Shown: positions 1 to 12,894 of the stretch, piece after piece
How positions within the stretch are numbered: position 1 is the stretch's first letter
Layout: every line of letters starts with the position of its first letter
NCBI GenBank assembly: GCA_013239625.1
Contig: MU053652.1
Span: 7,711,027-7,775,026 of the forward strand
Source of the DNA: Lama guanicoe
Taxonomy: Eukaryota
Length of the DNA stretch: 64,000 bases
Direction: 5' to 3'
Made by a program: the position numbers and the translations under genes
The notes under the pieces: generated by a model
Told to the model about the DNA's origin: nothing
Seen by the model: the letters and a program-made list of their open reading frames with translations, nothing else
Database searches by the model: none

Positions 1-144
1 AAAATGAAATTCTAAAGCAGTTCAAAGCAGGGATAGAGACAGAGAATCACCTTCATGTCAAACCCCCGCCTGTCCCTACCCCCCGCCCTGCCTGGCTCAG
101 GTCTTTGCCCCTAACTATGCCTCCTCTTTCCATGCCTGGATCTC

Positions 145-225
145 AAAACTGCAGCTCAGAGAGGTGACTGGCATGTTTAAGGCCACACAGCTATTCATCT
201 GTGCCGGAATTCAGACTGTTTTCTC
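145..225 (-). mobile_element. MIR SINE fragment
   Basis: aaactgcagctcagagaggtgact...aaggccacacagcta resembles the reverse complement of the MIR core. Confidence 0.6.
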
Positions 226-628
226 ACTGTAGACTCATGGACTCTGGACTCCACATGGATGTCAGATACAGTACCAAAATGATTCTCTCTCCTTGGATCT
301 AAAAGTAGGGACAGGAAGATTTCATTAGCCATTATGAAAGCTTGAACTAGAAGACCAGATGGACCTGAGAATTATGCATGAATAGCAAATCTGTTAAAAA
401 AAAATGAAGCCAATGTACATCCAAGATAAAAGATGTGTGTGTGTAAGGGATAGAAATAGTGACAGAGACAGAGATAGGGAGACAGAAAGAGACAAAGAGA
501 CAGAAAGAAACTTGATTATTTTTTTCCTTTAACTCCTGTGAAGACCAGTTGCACTCACTGAAATTGGATCTTATAAAAGCCCCTATATTCTTAATCACCC
601 CCCCCAAAAATCCTCCTTGACTTAAAAG

Positions 629-943
629 TGTTAAAAAATAAACTGAGGCATCTTAAAATTTTTTAGCTTATTTGGGCAAAAACTGATTCTAAATGTGCAG
701 TGCCAAACTGGAAGTGTTTCGGGAGGAGCCAGGGGAAAGGCTTATACAGAGAAGGTGCAGAAGGAAAGAAAGGACATCACTGATTTGCTGTAGCTTAATG
801 CCTCATTGGCCATGTGTGATTGGTTGTCCTTGGCCTTTTGACCTTGAGATCCTTCCTGGCTTAGACCTTGGTCTGCTTATACAGGTCATCACGGCACTAG
901 AGCTACCTCAGTCTAACGGCCTCCTTGTTCGGTTAAGTAAACA
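629..943 (-). mobile_element. ERV1-class solo LTR
   Basis: TG...CA termini; the minus strand starts tgtttacttaaccgaacaaggaggccgttagactgaggtagctct, resembling recalled eutherian ERV1 LTRs. Confidence 0.65.
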
Positions 944-3900
944 GTAGCAAAAGGAAATTTCTGTTTCTTATAACCACTACTTAGCTACAGGACTTCCACC
1001 AGCTGATAAATGGAATACTTTGTAGGGAAATAAGAAAATGTTATTCTGGTCACTACTAATATTTTATTACTCCAAGTGATCGTTTGAATCTGTTGCAGAT
1101 CTCTCTCTGGAAGGGCCAACATCCACTCAGCGGTTGGTTTAATAGTCTTAATACACAGAGTGTTGCTGATTCAGGTATCCCGTGTAACAGAGAAACATTG
1201 CTGCTTCTTCACTCAGCAAAAGTTAAATCGCAAATGTCCTGCAAACCTGCCATCCCAGTTAACCATCAGCATTCTTTGCGTTCATTGAGGCCACATTTCT
1301 TCCCAAAGATTCTGGTTGGATTACAACATCAAAACTGACATTTTGGGGGTAACATTTGCTATACTATAAATGGAAAAAAAGTTTAAATCTAATATAGATT
1401 TTTGCACTAGTTTCTTTTTCCTTTCTTTTCTTTCTTTCTGTGTGTGTGTAAATGTTATTTTAACCACTTTTGTTACCTTCATACATACGAAAAGATTTTT
1501 ACAATGGGAAGGCATACTGATGTTGTCTTCAACTGCAATGAATTTGGTTTCACAAATGAGTGATATTATTCTACAAGTAAAGGAAGCCTCTGAATAAAGA
1601 GATGTAAGAGTGAGCCAACCTATAAACACATTTCTCAATGGCACTTTTATTACTGAAAAGAGAATAGTGAACTCCAGACTACTTGTGTTTAGAAGCTCAG
1701 TGTACACTTTACCAGATGTAGAGACAGGATTAGTGAGTGAGCTTCTCTCACAGGGAAAATTATTAACATTGACTAAAGCACACTTCAATACTGGACTTGA
1801 ATGATTATACACACTAATAAGAGTTATGAAATAGCAACTTATATTTTCAAAAAAGGTAGTCACAAAAGTACATATTAAAAAGTCCTTAGGCAGACTTTGG
1901 ATGGATAACAAGAAAATAACTTCCCACAAGGCAACTTACCAGGCAGCTTAAAAAGATTAAGAATTTCTTGAGAGAATCATAAATGTCACTAATAGGATTA
2001 CACAGCCTGAAGGAATACCTACTGTGTCTCAAGCCCAGAATAGAGACATGACAGCGGTGACAATCCTTCTTGGAGGAACAGAGACGCCCTTTCATCGTGT
2101 CTTTGATTTCACAACAGCATTTTCCGTTGCCCCTTATTTGTGATTTAAATTTTAAATTATTTCACACTCTGAAACAATTGCAAACAGACCAGATGAGGGT
2201 GTCAGGATTAGGACCACCACAGTGCTATGCTCTACCACTGTTTGGATGTAGCTTTACCAACAAGCCACTAAAACAGCATGTCGACTAACCTAAGGTACGA
2301 ATCACAGCAGAAGGGACTTCATCTTTTCAAAGCAGAAAGCAGAAAGTTAAGCAGTCATCCACAGCAAGGCTTGGGTGTGAGGGAATCTTTAAAATCAAAG
2401 TCCACTCTGCCATTTAAAAATTTAAGATATTTTTCTTTGGTGTTCTTTACTAAGTTACCTGATTATAATAAAAAATTGGGGCAGCCTCATAAGTCAAGGG
2501 AGAATCTCACTAAAATGCTACCTGTGACACTGTCTTTAAAATAATACCATAATAAATGAAGGACCATCCTTCTTCTCAGCCCACAGAGTGAAATTTAAGA
2601 GGCTCAGAAATTCCCAATTCATTCAAGAATGATTTGTATTCCTTTAATTAAGGTGAAAGACACCTTTTCTATTTAGAGTTAGAGATGGGATCCTAATGAA
2701 ATGACTTAAGATGTAAATGAACACTAGTGCCTTTGGAGGAGTGAGAAGGAGAAATAGTATGAGAGTTCCCAAAGGACTGGATAAAATATTCTCTGGGCGA
2801 AAGAGAAAATTGTGTGGAAAAAGTAGGCTGAGAGACTTAAAAGGACATTATAACATTGTCCAGGATAACCCCTATTTAATAAGGTTCCTATGGCTTTTTA
2901 GAAATAAATGGCTTGGAAGAAATCCAACACAGCCCTACTTTAAAGTGTATTGTACTTTATAGCAAGCTTCAGATGCATTAGCCTCGGTCATTTTTCTCTC
3001 CCTTAATCTTCCAGCATATGTACCCATGATACGTTTAGCATTTTAAAAATCTTGCATCTTAAAAAAAAATCTTGCATCTTGTTCTATATGCCTCAGTGAA
3101 AAAATATCATTCCTACCCCTAGTGCTTAAACAAAATATAAAATATCACTTACCACTGAAGATGGAAAACCACTTACAAAATCTTCTCGCTGCTATAGTTG
3201 TAAACATTGAAGAATACTGGGATGAAGTGACAGTGATACAGTCACAAAATGCACATACACCATCATTGACCATCTTGATGAAAACTATAAGGGTCTCACT
3301 GCTTAGTGCTTCAGAGTGAGTCTTACTAATTCAAATTCTTCTCCTAAATGAGCATGTTCTCTCTGATAAAGAAAATCAGTTTCCTGTAGAGTTACAAAAG
3401 TGATTTCTAGTCTGTGTACCTCAGAATACACAAACTAGATGAGTAATGGAATTGGGGTGATTGCAATGGAAAAATAAAAGGCTAGATGGGACATTATGCA
3501 GTAAATAAAAGATATTTTAAATGATGTCATTTTAAAGATATGCAAAAAAAAAAAAAGAAGAAGATGCCTTTCTGATTGGAGGAAATTGGGAGTATGGGGA
3601 TGGATGAGAGGAGATAACTTTTAATTTTTACTTTAAGGATTTTCATCCTAATAGTTTTTAACTCTGTGCATGAATCACTTTTATAATGAAATCAAAGTCC
3701 CTGAGATGTACCAAGGAATATCTTTGAACATTAACAACAAAGCAGTCTCATTTTACAGAATTCATTTGGATGTCTGTAGCATCCAATGGGAGTTTCTTTG
3801 ACTTTTTTTCAAGCTGGACATACAGTCTCTGCAAATAAAATTGTCATTCTGTCAGGGAAAAAAAAGCAGAGAAGGGAAGATCTTGGGATGGCACCCAGCA

Positions 3901-4186
3901 GTTTTCAACAAGGTCCTTAGACCCATGCAAAACTTTGAGGATAACAGGGTGAAAAGGTGGGTTCTTGATAACACCAGGGAGGTGCTGAACCAAATTTGGA
4001 GCTGCCTCTCTGCAGAACGTTTGTGTATTCTTAAGTCTGACTGCCAACTTATTCACCATTCCATGCATACAAAGCTACTATCTGGCTGAGGAAAATGTAA
4101 ATGTAAACATATACATATCACAAAAATTTTAATTTGACTTGTGGAGAGCTTCACATATGGTCAACTGTCACAAAATAATAGGAAGC

Positions 4187-4400
4187 GTCTATTGAATGCT
4201 TAGTATGCCAAGTTTTTTTCTAAGCTCTTCACATATATTAGTTATAACAACTCTAATAGGGAGGTACTATTATTTCTACATCTTTACAAATGAGAACACA
4301 GAAAGGTTAGTTGACTTGCTCAAGCCACACAGCTGGGACAGGGCAGAAGCGGGATCAGAACCCAAGTAGCCTAGTCCTAGTATTAGAGCTACTCTACCAT
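4187..4400 (-). mobile_element. MIR SINE
   Basis: tttacaaatgagaacacagaaaggttagttgacttgctcaagccacacagct...agaacccaag is the MIR core and head in reverse orientation. Confidence 0.75.
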
Positions 4401-5559
4401 TTCTCCGTGTTAGTTGAGTACCACATTTATATATTTTTTGCACCTCCAGGTTACAACATACAGTTTTTTGTAGATTCTCAACACTATATATTTAATGATT
4501 TACCCATAGATACCCATTTCATTGCCTTTATTACCCTATGGTTGTAAAAGACTTGTGGGGTTTTTTGTTTTGTTTTTGTTTTTTGTAGCGAGTTAGAGAT
4601 TGGAAGAATTCTTCGAATACAAAAATAATGTTTCTTTTTATGGGAACACTCATTTTAAATTATGTTTTTCAAAAATGGATTTGGATTTGTTCAGATTCAC
4701 CCAAATAGTTGAGAAAAGGGCACATGCTTTGATCTCAAAATCATCAACAAAAGGTTACTTCAAGCAAAAGTTTAAATATAACATTACAACCCAAAATTTT
4801 GATTAGTTCTTTACAATTAGATTTTTCCCTTGCCTTTTAAGAAAGAAATCTAAATGCACTGAGAACGAGGAAGGAGAAACAGTATACATCACTGAAAAAT
4901 TAGCAAAATAATGAATCTCCCCCAAAATTTAACAGAAGAACAAGGGGGAAGAGATGTCAAAGCAGTTAGATGCAGTATGGTTATGAGGAAGGGTCAAGAC
5001 AAGAATCTAATCTTGGCAGAAAAAAATATTAAGCTATACATCTCCAGAGTGCATCTCAATGTGTACACCCTCGAGTGCAAAACTAAAATTAACAAAACAG
5101 CAAGCATGCTTGAGATGAGAGCTTCAGTTATTCCAGCTTGGTTCTACTAAGAAGAAAAAAGAGAGTTTAATATGGAATTGTACAAATAGCCATATTTGCA
5201 AGAAGCAGCTGACCTCCTGTAAGGAGAGAAGAGAAATTTTGAACAATAAGCAGACCTGCAGCTCTTGATGTCTACTGACTGGGGAAAAGAACGGTTTAGA
5301 AGTATTAATTTATAAAAATGCAGAGACATAAGAAAAATGCTTACAAACTTGGAATATGGGTCTGAATCCTATTCCTTAAATCACTGCAATTCAATCAAGA
5401 TGAGTGATCAAAATGGAGCCAGCAGAAAAATCTTTTTTAAAAAGGACACTACAAGGTTAAAGGGAGAAAAGAATAAGAAGAACAAAGGCAGATAAAGAAC
5501 ACTCACCAAAAAAATTGCCATAGTGCAAACAAAAAAATATGACAAAATATATCCGCTTG

Positions 5560-6231
5560 AACGTAAAAATCTGGCTGAAGCAATTGCCTCTGTAAAGCAA
5601 ATGCATGACATCAAGATAGAAGAGACTAGTAAACAATCAGAGGCAAAGAAGTGTACGAGGGAGAGAAACAGAAAAATATCAATATAAGGAATGAAAACGG
5701 GAGCATAACTTTAGATCCCACAGACATTAAAAAGATAAGAAGGTATCAACTTTTACCTATAAATTTGAAATTTTACACAAAAAGAATTTTTCTAAAAAAA
5801 CACAAATACCAAAACTGTCACAAGAAGAAATTGAATATGTAAATAATCCTATAAGCATTAAAGAAATTTAATCTGTAGTTAAAAGCCTTGCCACAAAAAT
5901 AATCTCCAGGTATATACAGCTTTATTAATAAATTCTACCAAACGTTTAAGAAAGAGACAATACCATTCTTATAAATATTCAGACTGTAGAAAACTAGGAA
6001 AATCTTTCCAATTCATTTTATGAGGGCAGAAACATCTTGATATCAAAGACTGAATGAAAGAAAAATCATTAGTCTCTCAGGAACATAAAAATCTTGAACA
6101 AAATATTAATAGGACAAATCCAGCAAAATACAACAAGTATTGTCTTTCAGGATAAAATAAGGTTTACTATAGGAATGCAAGTATAATTTAACATGAATAA
6201 TTAATCAATGTAACTCATCACATAGACAGAA
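5560..6231 (+). mobile_element. Old L1 (L1M) ORF2 fragment, 5' part
   Basis: Degenerate translation INIRNENGSITLDPTDIKKI...QEEIE...FYQTFK...NSFYE is typical of L1 ORF2 upstream of the RT domain. Confidence 0.9.
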
Positions 6232-8173
6232 TGTATAGACTCTTCACCCCTCTTTGTATCCATAACCTTTGTCATTTAAATTTGCATTCCCTCTTCCTGC
6301 ATTTGGGATGTATTTCTCTTCTCTTTGACTTTGAGCTCAGCCCTGTGATTTTTCTGGACAATGATGTTTTAGCAGTAGAGGAGGAAGCAGAGACTTGAAA
6401 TTGTTCACTTGAATATCCAGTACTTGATACCTAGTACTTGATACCTAGTACTTCTGCCATCACCATCGGACTAGCCCACTGGCCCCAAAATGAGTCTGAC
6501 AAACATGAGCAGAGCCATTCCAGCTAATCTGAGGATGAACGATTGTCATTTCAGGAATTAAGTTTCGGGACGGTTAATTTGCAGCATTATTGTGACGCTA
6601 GCTAACCAAAATGGAACTGGATGCTTCTTTAACAAAAAACTAATATGTGTAGCATTGGTTTGGGACCAGATGGTAGAAAGTGAGAAAAATGTTGAGTCTT
6701 GAAAAATGGCAAGGAACTAATACAAGACACTGAAAAAACGATGAACTATGTTATATAGTGGCAACACTGTTGTAGTATAACATGGAAGATGTAAAATACT
6801 CCTAATTAATTTAGTCTTAGGAAAGATATTTTCCAGGCAGGACATTCAAAGCTTCAGTTGATCTCTTTTGCTTCATAAAATAAGACACTTCAAAGCAAAG
6901 ATAAATTCAGAAAAGAACCACCCAGTTTATAAGAAGAATTTAGAGAGTATATAAAGAGCCCAGAACTTGCTACATTGCAAATCAAACTGCTTCTCATCTG
7001 TACACATCCAGAAAGTAAAAGACTCAAAATATGATACACACTGGAGGAAAAAGATTAAAACAAGAAAGGCTGTGGCCATTTGATTAAGCTTGGAAGTAAA
7101 AACCAAACCAAGGATGAAATAGCCATGTCCTTTGTGAAGAGCTGTGAAAAAATAAAGGTGGCATCTAGATCATTTCAGCTGAATAAAAAAATAATCCTTA
7201 GGAAGCTTAAGGACTTTGTTCCATAGAAACCTGATTGACCAAAATATACATAATTAAGCCTAGAGAAAGCAATAAATACCTTTAAAAGAACCATAGGGTG
7301 AGCATTTGACAAAAGAATTGAGTGAAATAAAATACATCAATAATAAACTTTTTAAGAGATCTCTATCAGGAAAAGTGTCACCATACTGGGCTAAAAACAC
7401 GTTGAGACTGAGATTTTTAAAAATCTCTTAGTCCTCAACTTCCTACAGGCAGGAAGCAGGCCAATATAACATCTCCTCCCCCCAAAGGTATATTTTTAAT
7501 GCCTTCTCAGAAGGCAGAAAGGAAAATGGAAAAGGAATGATATCCCAGGGGGTAGAGGCAAGAGCCAAGGAAAGCAACTGATGGGAAGCCATTCTCAGGT
7601 AGAAAAGTGGTTAATCAAGGAATATTTTCTCCCTCTATCTAAGGAGAGATGGTAACATTTTACCAGTGGAATATCAGACTTGCCTTGGACTAGTGACTAC
7701 TCTATGCCTCCCTTCTCCCATTATCTGAGAGCATTCATTGTGGTTATCCTGCCCATGGTACCATGTTGCCTATAAATGGGGAGAATAATTTGACCCTTTT
7801 GATTTATTGGTCTCTAGATCAGGAGGAGCAGCATCTCAATCTCATTTTAAGCCACATGATATGCAATGTGAGATTCTGGGGATCCTAGGATGGGTATATT
7901 TCACAGGGGAAGGATTGTAACTGTGGCCAAGGAATGGAATGTGGAAAATATCTTTCTTTTGTCCCCTCCCTGTATCCATGCCTTTTGTCATGGAATTTTG
8001 AAGTCCCTGGTGCCAGAGTGGATTCTCCTTCTTTTGACCTAGGACTAAGCCAAGTTACTTGCTTTGGCCAGTGAGATTTTAATAGACATGACACAGACTA
8101 CTGTCATTTTACATCATTGAGTTTGAGGGTGACTTCTTATGCAGTTCTATAGTCACAATAGCTTTCCAATACA
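6232..8173 (+). mobile_element. Complete MaLR element (MLT1G/H-like LTR-internal-LTR)
   Basis: 5' LTR about 6232-6612, internal region to about 7939, 3' LTR 7940-8173 (TGTGG...AATACA). The LTRs share the motif ctgtatccat.ccttttgtcat, and a purine tract precedes the 3' LTR. Confidence 0.75.
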
Positions 8174-8600
8174 TGGACTAAAGAAGAAAAATCATATGAT
8201 CATTCCAGTGAATGAAGAAAAATTATTTGATTAAATTCAACATCAATTCATGATTAAAAAAAAACTCATAGCTAATTAAGAATAAAAGGGACTTTATTTT
8301 AATAAAGGAACTCCCTCACTTCCCCCAAAACAGAACTACAGCAAATACCACACTTAATGGAAAATGTTGAAAGCATTCTTTCTAAGGTAAGAAATGAGAC
8401 AAGCATATATTTCCTTTTATATTCAAATTATAGTGAAGAAATAAGGCATAAAAATAGTGAAGAAAAATAAAACTGTTATTATTTACACACACACACACAC
8501 AATGTATATAAAGAATACCAAAGTATATGCAGATAAATTATTAGAATTAAAAATCAACATGTAAAAATCAACTGTGTTTCTCTATAATCACAAACAATTA
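8174..8600 (+). mobile_element. Old L1 ORF2 fragment, continuation after the MaLR
   Basis: ctaaagaagaaaaatcatatgatcatt...tttgattaaattcaacatcaattcatgatt corresponds to the RT motif [24 protein letters not shown]. Confidence 0.85.
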
Positions 8601-8991
8601 TATTTTTGTAATGCAAAATTAAAATAAGACAACCTCAGGATTTATTCATTCAACAAACACTGTGTATTGCTAGATATTTATCATTAACAAGAATGCTTAT
8701 TAAAGGAGAAGCCTTATACAAGAACTACCACACTTCTTAGGTTTGGTGTCTTTAACCACCAGAATTCATTAGATGCTTGAACTAACAGGCTTTCCTGTTT
8801 CGTTTAGTTTGGGGCTTGCATTTTTAAACGATTAGTCCAGAACTCTTCCACGCTTAACACATCTGTTGTCTATGAAAAGCCTGATAGAAAATCGTGTAGA
8901 TAATTCACTCAATTTCCTCGCCCCATGTTCACTGTAAATCGTTTTGAATTTGTCATTATTTATTATTTTCAGCATCGAAAAATCAACATCA

Positions 8992-10096
8992 GGGTTCCGG
9001 TTCGAGATGGCAACTTAAGAGGATCCCGAATGCACCTCCTCCCACAGACACACCAACTCTACAGCTACACATGGAACAACTTCCTCTGGAAAAACCTAGA
9101 AACTGTCTGCGTCACTCCCACACCTGACAGGCGAGAGAAACCCGCGGAAGCGGGTGGAAGCAGCAGCCGGACGCCGGGCCACCCTCGGGCCGGAAACCCC
9201 ACCCCCACAGTCGGAGGGCGCTCAGAACCCCGAGCTGCTCCCCGAGGAGAACCCCACACCAGGCACCCCCAACTTTCCAGACCTGCCCTAGAGAGATGGA
9301 CCCCCAAAACACCTAGCTTTGAAAACCAGCGGGGTTCAAGTGCACACAAGGTGACAGCAGTCTGCGAAACGGCTCGTAAAGGGCTCGCGAGCCTGACTCA
9401 CCAGCTCCAGGCCCGGGGAGGAAGCCCCATCTGACCGCACTGTGTGGGAGAGGCTCCCCTGCTGGTCTCCTGGCGTGGTCCTGAGGGGCAGGTGTCCGAC
9501 CAGACAGACGTCTGGGGGCCTGCATCCTCTCAGGGTTGGAGACTGGCGGGGCCATCTTTTCTTCCTTTTTCCTTCCCAGGCGGCTGTCACCTTCCCGCTC
9601 TCCCTCTTCCTCGCTGCCGTCTCCCGGACAGAAGCTCACACTCGTCTGGTGCCCTGGTTCCTGCAGCCGCCGCCCGGGGACACCTCTGGATCATCTGGCC
9701 CTGGTGGCCCGCGGGGCTTGCGCTTGGGGTCCCACGGGGCTGTATACATTTGCATATTTTAAAAGCTGCTGCCTGAGGGTCTGGCTTCCAATCTGCCTGA
9801 ATCTCCGCGCTGCTTGAGAGCCTTCCGTTGAGGACGCTGACAGGGTTGGAAAACCTTCAACTCCTGGGAGCCACTAAAAATAAAATAGGCCACTTGGAGA
9901 ATCACAAAGATTTGAGAAACAACCAAGAGCCAGCGAGCGCAGGGCTGAACCATGAGGCTTATCTCCTCCCCGAGGCCCGTCCTTCAAGACTGGGAGAGGT
10001 GGCTGTTTTACCTAATGCGTGGAAACCAACACAGAGTCAAGCAAAATGAAGAAACAGAGGGATGTGTTCCAGACGAAAGAACAAGATAAAACCTCA
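8992..10096 (+). mobile_element. L1 5'UTR plus start of ORF1, 3'-truncated, flanked by a 15-bp TSD
   Basis: Begins gggttccggttcgagatggc (YY1-like L1 5' end). ATG 10046 encodes MKKQRDVFQTKEQDKTSEK, like an L1 ORF1 N-terminus. TSD gaaaaatcaacatca at 8977-8991 and 10097-10111. Confidence 0.85.
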
Positions 10097-10382
10097 GAAA
10101 AATCAACATCATGTTCAGCCTCATCGTAAGAAAGACATGGCACGTACGTATTTGCTTTTCCTTCTGTAAAATTGTTGTATTGTGATCCTGCTGGTTTAAA
10201 AAAAAAAGCCTCTTTCTCTGTCTTCTAGTATTGTTGGGTCAATCTAAGTCCTTATAAATCTTAGACATGCTGTAAAGACAGGGAAAAGCAGGGAAATAGA
10301 TGTTGAGACAGAGTGAGAAGGAATGAACAATTCTAGTTTACTGCTTTTCGGGACTGATGGTGATAAATGTGATTCTTGACTA

Positions 10383-10763
10383 TGTCGGGACCCACAAAAT
10401 GGAGGCCACCCCAGTAGTCACGTCACGGACTGAAACCTATCTCAGCCCACACTTAGAAGAAGCACCTCACTGCCAAGGAGCCCTAACATACACCAGTCAC
10501 AACCCTCCAGCATCCCTTTAGCCAGCTCATCTTACCCTAGAAAATAGGGCCTGCTAGCCTTTTAAGGAAATCGCTGACCCCCTGGCCAACCGTGCCATTT
10601 TTGCAGTGCCTTTTCTAATACTCGATTTTGCCTAAAATCCCTCGGGAAGAGTGCTCCACTGCTTGTGAGGCCCTGCACCCCCCCCCCCAATCCATGGATT
10701 GTTTTCCCTTGAATAAAGGACATTAAACTCTTTACTAAATGGTTTTGTTTTTGCCATTTGACA
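10383..10763 (+). mobile_element. ERV1-class solo LTR
   Basis: TGTCGGGAC...TTTGACA termini with an internal AATAAA near 10712. Confidence 0.65.
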
Positions 10764-12894
10764 ATAACAAATGAAGCTATGCCTTTACTTCCTCGGTTCT
10801 GTATGAGTGATTAGAATGCAAAAGGTCTTCAAAACTGTCTTCTACAGCATTTAATAAAATGCTTATTAATGGAATATTTAGATTTCTACCTACCTATCAG
10901 TCAGTTCTTCATCATTACACCCTTCTATTTTGGGCTATGTTCCACTTTATACCCAGCCTTTAGACTTTTATTTCTAGTAGGTTGGGATCAGAAAGATGTG
11001 AATGCCCAACCATGATGTTGGCACCTCTTGTCCCTCAGCTACTGTCTTTTAAGAAGAGGCCTTTCAAAGATTGATGACTATTGTTTCTATGTGCTCATAT
11101 TTCAAAGAAAATTTAATTTGATGGTCTTTAAAAGTGTTCTGGCATGAGATGGCCCAAAATATTTGTTGGTCAATGCTTAATTTCTTACCCACAGTCGTCT
11201 TCCCCATGAGCTTAGATGGCTGAGGAAGGCATTGTTGACCAGGCTCACTTCTGAACACCAACAATGTGCATCTGTGTTTGTAACATCCCGGGTTTATTGA
11301 AAGAGTGAGTCAGATCAATAACGACCTTTACAGTCATGGGCTGTAAAATTGGAGGCAAACAATTTTGGTTTTAGCTTGTAATTTTAATTTCCATTTCAAA
11401 AGAGATTGACCGCTCTTAAAAGGCAACAGAGATGAAAACCTGTCTGTGCTGATGACTAGCCGCACGTTCAGACTTCCAGTGTGCACAGATGCAAACTGAT
11501 GCACAGTTCTCATTAATGGCATAAAAAATGGAAACACAAGGGAAAAATGGCTTTCTGAAAGACATGTTCGTTTAGATTATCTGCTTTTAGCAGTATCTCT
11601 GTAGCTAAAGAGCTCCTTCCCTTCCCCCTGCCCTCGGCGGGGGGGGGGGCAGGGGGAGGCGGGAACTGTGGATTTTAAAGGCCAAGAAAAAAAATAATAA
11701 TAAAGGGCACTCAGAAAGGGCAGCAGAGATGGTATGCTTCCTGTTATCTTTCTCATTATTAAGGACTGTTTCCTTCACGTTACTTTGCATCAGCTTTTAG
11801 CGAGCTGAGTTTAACAGCAGTTTCGCCTTGCTCTGGGAAAATGAGAATCCAAATCCCCAGTCAGAGAGAAGGAACCATGCACCAGCCATCGTTATTTAAG
11901 CACACCTCTAGTTTCGGATCTGCCTAAAAATGTGAATGGCAGGCAAACACAAAAGAATCTATTCTTTGTGCCCGTTTGAAACCAGGAAATGAGGAATCCC
12001 ACTGGAGAGAGCAGGTTTCTACTCGGTGCTCAACCCAGTTTTCAGATGAAAGCGCCTTGGAGAGGTAGAGCGAGGCCTTGCTTTGTTAAGCAAATGGTCG
12101 GCTTACCTCCAAAGCTTCAACCAGCTGGCCTTGTTCTTTCTATTCTGTTCTGAACCAGTTTCAAGAGCAAAAGGATGTTTGTTGTTTCAGGACTGGATGC
12201 TATGAAGGACCTCTGGAAACCAAACAGTCTCCAGTACACGCTCTTGCATACCAATGTCTTCAAAACTCATCTGGCTCTCACAGATAATTTAAGGATGCAT
12301 ATCCTAGAATACTTGAGCGTGTTTATCTCTTGCTATAGCACGTATATTTTAAGGAAGCAAAATAACTGACTTAACATTTTAAGAACTTAAAAATTATTTT
12401 AAAAAATAAAATAATTTGAAAATAGGACTCTAGATATAAAAAGAAAAAAAACAAGAATAAGTTTCTTTTTTTTTCTCCTCTATTTTGGAAATAAAAGCAG
12501 CATAAAAAGAAAAGGACTGAGACTGATGAGAAGGAGGGAGAGTGGAAGGTGTGGGAGAGATTCACAAAATCCAGATAATGAGGTAGTACCTATAGGAAAG
12601 AATAAATATTAGGCTATGCAATAAAAAATAGGAAACATTTCCATATTATTCCTCTTTACTTTCCTCCTGCACATCAGAATGGATGTATCAGGCTTTCTTA
12701 GGCGAATTGGGTGAATATGAGTAATTCAATCAGGAAAACACCACTGGAAAATGAGGCCCTAAAGCCTGTCATCATCAACCAGAATGTACGAATTCACCAA
12801 ATTTCTATCCAAAATAACCTCAAAAACCATTTTATGTACATGCTTTTTCCTTTCTAAACTCTAATGTTTTCAGCAATCGAATGCACTAGGGCAT

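Noticed and set aside
1370..2143. Possible CR1-like reverse transcriptase remnant (DFTTAFSVAPY)
   Set aside because: Only one motif-like string is present; spacing to other RT motifs does not fit and the frame has several stops.
8925..10049. Cluster of 64-169 aa ORFs
   Set aside because: They lie in the GC-rich L1 5'UTR and resemble no known protein.
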